Virus record (IMG/VR): IMGVR_UViG_3300046542_000271
Span: 1 to 64,000 of that record
Reading direction: 5' to 3' (one strand)
Origin: a virus
Length of the DNA stretch: 64,000 nucleotides
Made by a program: the position numbers and the translations under genes. The notes under the pieces were generated by a model. That model was given only the letters and a program-made list of their open reading frames with translations, was not told the origin of the DNA and made no database searches. Of this stretch, positions 55,965 to 64,000 are shown piece by piece (the first letter of the stretch is position 1; each line of letters begins with the position of its first letter).

Positions 55965-58196
55965 TTAAAGTCCGAGGAACATCTTCCGTCGAGTGTCAGT
56001 CAGGACATCATACCCACCCGTCATGATGGGGAACGAAGACCCAATGAAGAGGTCCGCGTAACTCATCCGCTCAGGCTCAAGGTAATCGAGCGTGAGTGTC
56101 CGATCGCCAGAGATGTCGGTGACAGCCTCGGGGATCAGCTTGAGAGTCGGTAGGGCGAAGTCCATGCGGGTAACGAGTGTTCCCCGACCTAACAGTTTGA
56201 TGTTTGCGACGACCGGGATTTTACCGGTGACCATGTCCAGGGTAGAGCGGAAGTCCACTCCAACGTTGGCCTTGATCTTGTCATGCCGGCGCTCATACGA
56301 ATCGACGTCCAGGATAGTGGGTGGGTCGATGTCGATCAACTTGTGTTCGGTTTCATCCAGTTTCGGAATCGACTGCTTAGGGAACTTCCCGTCCACGATC
56401 TTGACAGGGTTGTCGTTGATCGTCTTGATGAACTGCACCGAGTAGGACGAAAGCGCCTGCATGATGCGGATCATCGAAGCATGGATCTGACGAACGCTGT
56501 TCACGTTACTGAGGTCAGCACCGGTAATCGAGTTGAAGATCGTGCTATACATCAGCTGATATTCAACACGTCCCATGGTGGCAGTGTCGATCCCCATCTC
56601 GTTGAGCCAGGAGTCGTAGGACTGCTCCTTCGCCAGGTCGATCCGGATGTCCTGGTAGAACCGATCCACCACAGTGTGCAGTTGACCTTCCGCTCGCCAG
56701 TCCTGGTAGTAGCAACGGAACTTACGGTGGTCCAACATCTTGCGGTGGATGTCGACACAGAGTTCCCGGAAAGCTTCCACCGAGACGTAACGCGTGATAG
56801 GTGCCTGGTCCGTCAACAGGTGATGGATGGCATAGTCTGGCACACGTTTAGGTTCAGCGAACTTCCTGAGCTCTGTAAACGTCGGCAACGGCATACGACG
56901 AACACGGTTGGCCGACAGAACCGGCACCTTATCGAGTGTGATCCCGATAGCCTTGTTGTACGCATAGATGTAGAAGATGAAGGCGTTCTTGGCCGTCAGC
57001 TTAAACGTATCCCCGTTACTCGGGTTGGTGATCGACATTACGGTGTTGTAGCGACCGAAGTGCGACAAGTACAGCCAGTGGTTCAACAAGACGTCAGTCA
57101 GGGTGAACGGGTCCGCGTCAGCACGGTCAAGAACGTTGGAGTCCAGGACCTTGGTGATGTGGGTACTGGTCTTGGCATGAACCGATCGCTTGGTAACGTC
57201 GATCTCATGGTCGTCCCGGTATGGCGTGTTACCCCTGGCGATCCCGTCTTCCATGTCGAGGATCTCGCCCACGGATTTATCGGTAGCGCCGTTAGCAGGT
57301 TCGATCCCGTTGAGGGTTTCCTGCTGGAGCTCAACCACAGGCTTGAGCGTCGTGGTGGTTTTGTCATACACATGACTCAGCTTAAAGCCGGACAGGTTGA
57401 AACCACGATCCGTCAGCACCTTCTCGGTGGTGAGCTTGAGGATCTCTTCACGCCCCAGGTTACGGTTGAGGTAACGGATGTTGCGGTACAGCCACAGACG
57501 CAGCTTACGCGTCATGTAGTCGAACTCTTTACCGACTGCACTGAACGAGGTCAGGTATTGGCGCACGTAGAACGTATGCACGTAATCGGTTTTACACATC
57601 TCTTTACGAAGCGTGACAATCCACAGCGGAAGCTTCGTGTAGAGGACACCCAACAAGCCCGTATAGTAGAAGGGTTCGAACAGACCGTAGTCCCGGTTAT
57701 CGCGTTGCAGGAAGTACATGTCGATGTAACGCTGAACCCGTGGGATCAGGTACTCTTCACCTTCCTCGACTTCCTTTTTGTCATGCCACAAGATCTTATG
57801 GTCTTCTGACGTAACTGCGGTCTCGATATCGATGGGGTTCAGGATACCGTTGATCAGCGCTTGCTGGTCAGGATACCTGGCTACCAGGTCTTTATAATAG
57901 ACCGAACCGTAGGCGTATTCGCGCTTCGTACCACGGTGCTCTGCTAAGGTCACAATGTCGAATGGGATCTCTTCCTGGGTGTCCAGGGAAACCACCGTCA
58001 TGTCGGTATCCGACTCGTGGTACGTACCCGCCATGTTGAGGTAGTACTTCCAAGTGTACGGATTGTCTCGATCCACCTTGTACCCTAACTGGGTCACTTT
58101 GGTGTTGAGGAGATCAGCTGTACTCGCACTCTTTATTAAGAGCGTAGCCGCCAATTTCAATGTGCTCTTGATATAGAGCCGGTAATGGGCATTCAT
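55965..58196 (-). CDS. conserved virion/baseplate protein (phiKZ gp128-like)
   Basis: WKYYLNMAG.YH.SD, LYRNIRY, TKVL.S, LSSYSVQF motifs; adjacent to the portal gene. Confidence 0.75.
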   Translation of the reverse strand: MNAHYRLYIKSTLKLAATLLIKSASTADLLNTKVTQLGYKVDRDNPYTWKYYLNMAGTYHESDTDMTVVSLDTQEEIPFDIVTLAEHRGTKREYAYGSVYYKDLVARYPDQQALINGILNPIDIETAVTSEDHKILWHDKKEVEEGEEYLIPRVQRYIDMYFLQRDNRDYGLFEPFYYTGLLGVLYTKLPLWIVTLRKEMCKTDYVHTFYVRQYLTSFSAVGKEFDYMTRKLRLWLYRNIRYLNRNLGREEILKLTTEKVLTDRGFNLSGFKLSHVYDKTTTTLKPVVELQQETLNGIEPANGATDKSVGEILDMEDGIARGNTPYRDDHEIDVTKRSVHAKTSTHITKVLDSNVLDRADADPFTLTDVLLNHWLYLSHFGRYNTVMSITNPSNGDTFKLTAKNAFIFYIYAYNKAIGITLDKVPVLSANRVRRMPLPTFTELRKFAEPKRVPDYAIHHLLTDQAPITRYVSVEAFRELCVDIHRKMLDHRKFRCYYQDWRAEGQLHTVVDRFYQDIRIDLAKEQSYDSWLNEMGIDTATMGRVEYQLMYSTIFNSITGADLSNVNSVRQIHASMIRIMQALSSYSVQFIKTINDNPVKIVDGKFPKQSIPKLDETEHKLIDIDPPTILDVDSYERRHDKIKANVGVDFRSTLDMVTGKIPVVANIKLLGRGTLVTRMDFALPTLKLIPEAVTDISGDRTLTLDYLEPERMSYADLFIGSSFPIMTGGYDVLTDTRRKMFLGL

Positions 58197-58231
58197 TTCT
58201 TTATAACCCCGATCTGACTAGGAGAGGAGTA

Positions 58232-61200
58232 ATGGACACTAACGAGGTTAGCGGACAGTCTCGAGTTGAGCAGTTCCGTGACTTGTCTGAAACGGACAAG
58301 AACGTTATTAAACGCCTTACCGTCGACAGAGCCAATAAGAAAGGTGGCGGCACCGATCGTCTGGATCTGTCTCCGTTGTCTGGCGTGTTTCGCCGTACGC
58401 TGCGTGATGCAACGGACATCCGTAACATCTTCCAGACGATGCCGGACCTTCACCTTCCGCGTGAAATCCTCATCAGTGCCATCATGTCACCAGGGGATCT
58501 CTCGCAACAAACCCTGATCTTCGGCAACGACATGAAAGGCTGTGATACAGCCCTCACGGCGCCTCTGGTTAAGAACCTTGAAGACTTCTTTATCACTATA
58601 AAGAAGACGGACACCAAGGTTGCCGAATGGGTAGACGACGCCCTTATCTGGTCTGGTGCTCACCCGATCCTCATCATCCCCGAAGCCACACTCGACCGGT
58701 TGGTCCTGGGTGACGACGATGCGTCGATGGAATCCATCAGCTCGTACGGTGGTGAGTTTGTCGATGGGTGGTACAAACCCAAAGGTATTTTCGGCCTTAG
58801 CGTACCGACGGTAGACGGTCACGCATACGTTTCGATGGAGTCCGCAAGCGGTCGCATCCGCCAAGGCTCCATGGCTGAATATCATACAATCAAGACGACG
58901 AGGGGTGAGAAGAAGCTCAGTCTGCCTATTCGCGTGACTGACAACATGGCCGTGTTGCGCACTCCGGCTGTCCAGAAGATGAAACGCAGTCGCGTGATGG
59001 AAAATGCTTATGGCACTCCATCGCTTGAAGCGCGTAAACGTCAGCGTAAAGCGGACAATCAGAAAGACGCGCCAGATGCCTCGTCGATCTACAACAAGTT
59101 CTATCGTCAGCCACAACAAGTGCGCCGTAGCCGCCTCCAGGTGGTGCCTAGCGGTAAACAAGCTGGCGGGGGTAACGCAGGTCACCCACTCGAGTATCAC
59201 CTCTCCACTGAAGCGGTGATGCCGGTCTGCGTACCTGGTGATGAATCCAACCACGTTGGGTACATTATCCTTCTGGATGCCAACGGCTATCCGATCAGCT
59301 ACAGTCGCCGTCTGAACTACTACGATGACATCCGTCGCAGCAGTGGCGGTACTGACAACGCCGGTAGCTCTGGCGGTGTGGCCGGTGAACTGATCCAGAT
59401 GTCGAAGGAAGCGATCGTTGGTGGTATTGCCAACGCCTCTGACACTCAGATCGATCGTCTGGCTGACTTGCACGCTGACCTGGTGGATGCTGACATCGTA
59501 GCCCGTTTCCGGACTGGCATGATGGGTGGTGACTTCGAGCTCACTCACACCGAGCACATTGACCGTCTGATGTTTGCACGGACAATGAAGAACCAACTGA
59601 CCACCATGCTCTACGTACCTGCTGAGCTCATGATCTACATGGCTTATGAGTACAACGAGTTTGGTATCGGTAAGTCGATCCTGGAAGATGCCAAGTCGCT
59701 CGCTGCTATGCGCGCCGCTGTTACCGTGGCTAACGTGATTGGTTCGACCAAGAACGCGATCCCTGGTAAGGACATCAACATCGAGCTGCCTGAGGATGAC
59801 GGTGACCCACTGGGTACTGCTACCTTCATGGCAAACGAAGCGTTGGGTCTGGCGTATCACCAGTTCCCGATGGCGATCAGTTCGACTGTGGGTCTGGCTG
59901 AGCAACTCCAGATGTCGTCCTTCTCGGTCAACGTAACGGGTAACCCTCGGTTCCCTGAAGTGAAGACCTCCATCTCTCCGCGTGAGTCCAGTTTCGCTCA
60001 GATCGATAACGACCTGCAACAGCAGCTGCGTGATGACCTGACGCGGGTATTCGGCCTGACGCCTGAAATGGTGGACAACGTCAACCAGCCTGAGTTTGCA
60101 ACGACAGCTGTGCAGAACAGCCTGATGCTGCAAAAACGTGTGATGGTGATCCAGGGTAAGACCAACCCGATGCTGACCGACTACGTGCGTATCTTTACGT
60201 ACAACTCGGGTATCCTCATCGGTGAGCTGATGGAGATCGTCGAGCAGAACGCTAAGTTGCTGCCTGATGACTACAAACAGGATCCTGAAGGCTTCCTGGA
60301 AGAGTTCCTGAATAACCTGACTGTTAAGTTGCCGGCTCCTGAGAACGACAACCTGACCAAGCAGATGGAACTGTTCAACAACTTCAGCGAAACACTGGAC
60401 AAGGCTCTGCCAGCTTACATCCGTGAAGAATACTTCGATGGCTACGCGCCTGACAAGATCAAGGAAGCCATGACAACTGTTGTGGAATCCTGGAAAGGCG
60501 TGATTCTGCGTCAATGGATGCGTAAGCGCGGTATCCTGCGTGAGTTGGACGTCTTCAGTTCTGCTGAGGATGGTAGCCCAATCATGGACCTGACCGAAGA
60601 GATGTCTAACCACGTCGAATCCGTCATGAAGTCCGTGGGTAGCTTCGCCAAGCGCGTGGCTAAGGACTCTGTCAAGCGTAAGAAGTCTACGGCTCAAACC
60701 GTGGATGAGCAGGACAAGGCGCAGAAGATGCTGGAAGAGCTGACCGCTGAGCCAGTTGATCCTAACGCTGAAGAAGACATGTACGGCGGTGGTCAGGATC
60801 TGGCCAACGGTAATGTCCCTGAAGAGCCTGACGATGAGTTTGGTGCTACTGACGGATTGGGTGATGGTACCGAAGGTGGCGATGTCAACGGTGATGGTAG
60901 CGATGATCTCAACATGGATCTGGGTGATGCTGAAGCGGGTGTTGATGCTAACACCAACGACAATGCGCTCACCGATACCAACGCTGACGCTACGGCAGAT
61001 GCAACTGCTGAGACCACCGATGCTACAGCTGATGCTAGCGCTGAACCTGCTTCGGCAGATGCGGATCTGGCTATCGACCTGGACGCTCCAGAAGGCGCTG
61101 AGACGCCAGACGCTGCTGAGCCTGCCGCTGATGCGGTTGAACCGGCTGCGCCTGCTGACGACGCTGCTGCGGCCCCTGAGGGTGAGCAGCCAGCTGACGT

Positions 61201-61498
61201 CGATACTGACTTGAACATTAACCTGGATGAGCCTCCAGTTGATGGGAAAGAAGGTGTGGAAGAAGAGGGTGGTGAGAAACCTACTGCTGAAGATGGTGAT
61301 CTCAACATCAACTTGGAAGAACCTGAAGTACCTGAGGAGGAGCCTGAGCCTGAGGTAACGGAAGAGGATCTCAAGCTTGATCTGGGTGAAGCGCCTGAAG
61401 TGAAGGACGATAAAGACAAGGATGACAAGAAAGGTAAGAAGGACGGTAAGGATGATCTGACGATCGACCTTGGCGAGCCTACTAAACCGAAGTCATAA
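58232..61498 (+). CDS. portal protein (phiKZ gp129-like) with a long acidic C-terminal tail
   Basis: ILISAIMSP.DL, VTDN...L, EAVMPV..PG...HVGYIILLD.NG, YNEFGIGKSIL, FATT motifs. Confidence 0.8.
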   Translation: MDTNEVSGQSRVEQFRDLSETDKNVIKRLTVDRANKKGGGTDRLDLSPLSGVFRRTLRDATDIRNIFQTMPDLHLPREILISAIMSPGDLSQQTLIFGNDMKGCDTALTAPLVKNLEDFFITIKKTDTKVAEWVDDALIWSGAHPILIIPEATLDRLVLGDDDASMESISSYGGEFVDGWYKPKGIFGLSVPTVDGHAYVSMESASGRIRQGSMAEYHTIKTTRGEKKLSLPIRVTDNMAVLRTPAVQKMKRSRVMENAYGTPSLEARKRQRKADNQKDAPDASSIYNKFYRQPQQVRRSRLQVVPSGKQAGGGNAGHPLEYHLSTEAVMPVCVPGDESNHVGYIILLDANGYPISYSRRLNYYDDIRRSSGGTDNAGSSGGVAGELIQMSKEAIVGGIANASDTQIDRLADLHADLVDADIVARFRTGMMGGDFELTHTEHIDRLMFARTMKNQLTTMLYVPAELMIYMAYEYNEFGIGKSILEDAKSLAAMRAAVTVANVIGSTKNAIPGKDINIELPEDDGDPLGTATFMANEALGLAYHQFPMAISSTVGLAEQLQMSSFSVNVTGNPRFPEVKTSISPRESSFAQIDNDLQQQLRDDLTRVFGLTPEMVDNVNQPEFATTAVQNSLMLQKRVMVIQGKTNPMLTDYVRIFTYNSGILIGELMEIVEQNAKLLPDDYKQDPEGFLEEFLNNLTVKLPAPENDNLTKQMELFNNFSETLDKALPAYIREEYFDGYAPDKIKEAMTTVVESWKGVILRQWMRKRGILRELDVFSSAEDGSPIMDLTEEMSNHVESVMKSVGSFAKRVAKDSVKRKKSTAQTVDEQDKAQKMLEELTAEPVDPNAEEDMYGGGQDLANGNVPEEPDDEFGATDGLGDGTEGGDVNGDGSDDLNMDLGDAEAGVDANTNDNALTDTNADATADATAETTDATADASAEPASADADLAIDLDAPEGAETPDAAEPAADAVEPAAPADDAAAAPEGEQPADVDTDLNINLDEPPVDGKEGVEEEGGEKPTAEDGDLNINLEEPEVPEEEPEPEVTEEDLKLDLGEAPEVKDDKDKDDKKGKKDGKDDLTIDLGEPTKPKS

Positions 61499-61510
61499 GT
61501 CCCTTTGGAG

Positions 61511-61545
61511 AGGAGTGGGTTTCGGCCCACTCCTGCTCTATTTTG
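61511..61545 (+). terminator. intrinsic terminator
   Basis: AGGAGTGGG-TTTCGG-CCCACTCCT then TATTTTG. Confidence 0.7.
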
Positions 61546-61604
61546 TTGACGTAAATTTTTACAACGCGTAGTCATCAGATGAACTAATTTAATGCTTTAT
61601 CTAA

Positions 61605-61668
61605 GTGAGTGTAGTGAGGCGTAGCCGAACGAAACGAACGTGGTAGACAACGAACGAAGTGAGTGTCT
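61605..61668 (+). other. two GNA-triloop hairpins with tandem G.A mismatches
   Basis: GT-GA-GT-GTA-GT-GA-GGC-[GTA]-GCC-GA-AC-GAA-AC-GA-AC and AGAC-A-AC-GA-AC-[GAA]-GT-GA-GT-GTCT. Confidence 0.6.
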
Positions 61669-61770
61669 CTAGTGCTCTTAACTGTGTTCAGGAGGGGGAG
61701 GCTTTTATTACGCAAACTTCTCCGAGTGATACATTATTCAAGTGAATACACTAAGCTTAGGAGATATGGC

Positions 61771-62247
61771 ATGACTTTGCAACGAGTGACCATGGTACAG
61801 TCGTTAAAGCGAGACATTCTGGAACGCTCAGGTGTAGAAGTACCTACCCGTTTCGTTAACTGCATGATTTATGAAGATCTGCAAACCTTCGAAGATCTGT
61901 TGAAGGTCGATCCCAAACTCGCAATCAGGTTCCCTAACTTTGGCGCTCGTTGCGTTGATTTACTCAAGCGGATCCAACAGTCGCAAGATCCGGCTCTTCA
62001 TCAAAGTAATCAGCACATGTTGACCGCTGTACGGAATCAGACGGTAGATTTGATTACTCGTCTGCGTCAAGAGATTCCGGCCTTCAACTCACTCCATGAC
62101 GAAGAGCAAGTCTGGATCGTGACCAACGTGCGTCTGCATGACTTCGAGTCATTCAAGTCAGCTGCTCTGCAAAGCTACGCCAATGGTGGCACGCCTGAGC
62201 GTGTGCTGCGCATGGCCATGAATGAATTTGGCTTCAATAAGGGTTAG
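61771..62247 (+). CDS. protein with an RNA polymerase alpha-CTD-like (HhH) N-terminal domain
   Basis: RFVNCM..E.LQTFEDLL......IRFPNFGARC matches alpha-CTD RSANCL..E.I..IGDLV......LKTPNLGKKS; early-type promoter upstream. Confidence 0.6.
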   Translation: MTLQRVTMVQSLKRDILERSGVEVPTRFVNCMIYEDLQTFEDLLKVDPKLAIRFPNFGARCVDLLKRIQQSQDPALHQSNQHMLTAVRNQTVDLITRLRQEIPAFNSLHDEEQVWIVTNVRLHDFESFKSAALQSYANGGTPERVLRMAMNEFGFNKG

Positions 62248-62257
62248 GGGATCCGAC

Positions 62258-62935
62258 ATGTCTTTGAAAAGAACACTCACTACGCAAGAACGTGTGGACC
62301 TTGCAGTCAAGGCTGGTTACTGGGCAGATATCACAGAGTTCGTCAGGATGCATGATGGTCAGGGCGCTACTGGCGCTGAAACCGGTAACGGCGTCATCTC
62401 TATCGCTGAACCCTCTGGTACACCTAAGGTGTACAGTGCGTTACCTGGCTATGCATTCCCAGCTATCGATTGTTATCTGAACACTTTCGGGATTCCGTTA
62501 GATGTTGAAGTCGAGACGCCTGCGGTATCCGCACCCAAAGCGTCTATGCTGTCAATGGCTCATTTGCAGTATGCCAACCATTGCCACGAGCAGGCGGCGT
62601 ACTTTGAATCTCAATCGGGTAAGACCTGCTCTGGTCGATTGAAGGAGGATGCGGAATACGCCGCAGCACACACTGCCTTCTCGATGATTGAAGAGATCGT
62701 CCAGAAACATCCGATCGAGATCCATGGTGCCACGATACTCGTCGATGACGTCAATGCGATCCGCACACTCAAGTTGGCCAGTGGTCGGATGGTCTGCCAG
62801 GCTAAGGGCTTCGCCGGTTACGGTTACTACAAACCCGATGGCTACACAAGCCACATGTCGGTTGATGACATCCTCAACCACGAAATCAACGAACTCGCCA
62901 ACGTTCTGCACGATAAAGGCCTGGGTCTCAATTAA
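62258..62935 (+). CDS. hypothetical protein
   Basis: GGGGA SD before ATG 62258. Confidence 0.7.
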   Translation: MSLKRTLTTQERVDLAVKAGYWADITEFVRMHDGQGATGAETGNGVISIAEPSGTPKVYSALPGYAFPAIDCYLNTFGIPLDVEVETPAVSAPKASMLSMAHLQYANHCHEQAAYFESQSGKTCSGRLKEDAEYAAAHTAFSMIEEIVQKHPIEIHGATILVDDVNAIRTLKLASGRMVCQAKGFAGYGYYKPDGYTSHMSVDDILNHEINELANVLHDKGLGLN

Positions 62936-62945
62936 GGAGTTTCAC

Positions 62946-63770
62946 ATGCGTCAAGAAGTATTCAACGATTTCATCCGCAGCTTCCGTATAAACCCTGCTG
63001 AACTCACTGCCCTCACGAAGCTGTACCTCTCGTACAACGTGCGTCAGGAACTACATCGTAGCAACGCTAATCCGGTGATCGTCCTCGATGGGAATGAGAT
63101 CAGCCTCGACTCTTGGGATGTCGGCATCAACGGCGAGGTGGCTATCGAACACTTCGCAGAGAGTCAAAGTGCACCGCATGGCGTCATGTTGAACTTCGGG
63201 CACGGTTTAAAGGTTCCGTTGTTCAATACCTGGGGCGTACCAACGAAACCTCCACTCGGTACCGGCGACAACGAACCGGCGGTCGAAGATCGTAAAGACC
63301 GTCGCCGTGAAGAGGTACGCATGGAACGCGTCGACTGCGAGCGCCATATGGACGCGGTGGATATCCAGATCCTGCGTAACGTTTACAGTAAGTGGTCCAA
63401 GACCTTGCTTGACCTGATGCAAGGCTGGTGGCAGGTAGCAGTACCCGCGAAGGTATACAAGAAGTTCTCTGTGGGTCAGATCGTCTACCTCATCGGTGAA
63501 AAAGATCTACTGAATGCCGCCTGGGAAGTACGCAGTACGGGCATTGCCGGTGATCGAGACATCGAAGGGTGTCATCTGATGTCCGGCGCTATTGAGCCGA
63601 TGTGTAGCGGTCACTGCGGTACCGAACAAGAATGGCTGAAGTGTCATGCGGTTAATACCCGGATGCGTGAACAGATGGTTCCTACCGACGAAGAAAAGGA
63701 GTTCATCGATGTGGCAAGAGACTTCATCGAGCGGAATTTCCGCCCGAAAGACCCACGCGATGCGCGCTAA
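62946..63770 (+). CDS. hypothetical protein
   Basis: TAAGGAG SD before ATG 62946. Confidence 0.72.
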   Translation: MRQEVFNDFIRSFRINPAELTALTKLYLSYNVRQELHRSNANPVIVLDGNEISLDSWDVGINGEVAIEHFAESQSAPHGVMLNFGHGLKVPLFNTWGVPTKPPLGTGDNEPAVEDRKDRRREEVRMERVDCERHMDAVDIQILRNVYSKWSKTLLDLMQGWWQVAVPAKVYKKFSVGQIVYLIGEKDLLNAAWEVRSTGIAGDRDIEGCHLMSGAIEPMCSGHCGTEQEWLKCHAVNTRMREQMVPTDEEKEFIDVARDFIERNFRPKDPRDAR

Positions 63771-63993
63771 CAACATCGCAGAGCTTCGTCCTCTCATCGG
63801 TCTGGCTCTGAAGATGGAGTTAGGTCGGTGGAAGGTCATCTGTAGTGACGGCATCGCTAAAGAAATCCACGTCAAAGCGGGTAACGTGATTTTCATCTTC
63901 AAAGTAGACGAGGTGAATATCGGTTACCTGGCACCCGGTGATGAAGTCCATGTGAACATCGCCACCGGTAAACTGACGCACGTACACCGTTAA
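63760..63993 (+). CDS. hypothetical protein
   Basis: ATG overlaps the end of the previous gene. Confidence 0.55.
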   Translation: MRANNIAELRPLIGLALKMELGRWKVICSDGIAKEIHVKAGNVIFIFKVDEVNIGYLAPGDEVHVNIATGKLTHVHR

Positions 63994-64000
63994 CAACCAA

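Noticed and set aside
58487-60697. 736-aa antisense ORF inside the portal gene
   Set aside because: Shadow ORF with composition typical of antisense frames
61690-61701. AGGAGGGGGAGG partly complementary to the C-rich loop at 9628-9642
   Set aside because: Low-complexity match with a gap; could easily be chance

Overview
This window comes from a phiKZ-like (nucleus-forming, Chimalliviridae-type) jumbo phage genome of moderately high GC. The right half holds the conserved core block: DnaB-like helicase, major capsid protein, a non-virion RNA polymerase beta-type subunit, a RuvC-like resolvase, baseplate/virion proteins and the portal. Positions ~4.2-35.5 kb are an expanded tail-appendage region: a Kelch-like propeller, a collagen-like fibre, about 22 paralogous fibre/adaptor proteins and nine divergent LamG/lectin-like proteins. 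The main candidate novel system is a modular tail-appendage assembly code. Four adaptor genes carry N-terminal arrays of short beta-strand-like peptides, and the number of distinct peptide types (3, 3, 1, 2) matches the number of neighbouring lectin-like genes. A separate L-x(3)-[IV]-x(4)-L-x-G-[FL] peptide occurs once or a few times in many fibre paralogs and 17-18 times in one 693-aa protein. Other signals: a densely structured ~630-nt intergenic region (probable ncRNAs), covarying SD hairpins, GCATA-flanked terminators, GNA-triloop/sheared-GA hairpins, a helicase fused to an ART-like domain, and an RNAP alpha-CTD-like protein. All family assignments are by eye from motifs and synteny; no database search was run. 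No tRNA, rRNA, CRISPR array, integrase or reverse transcriptase was recognised.
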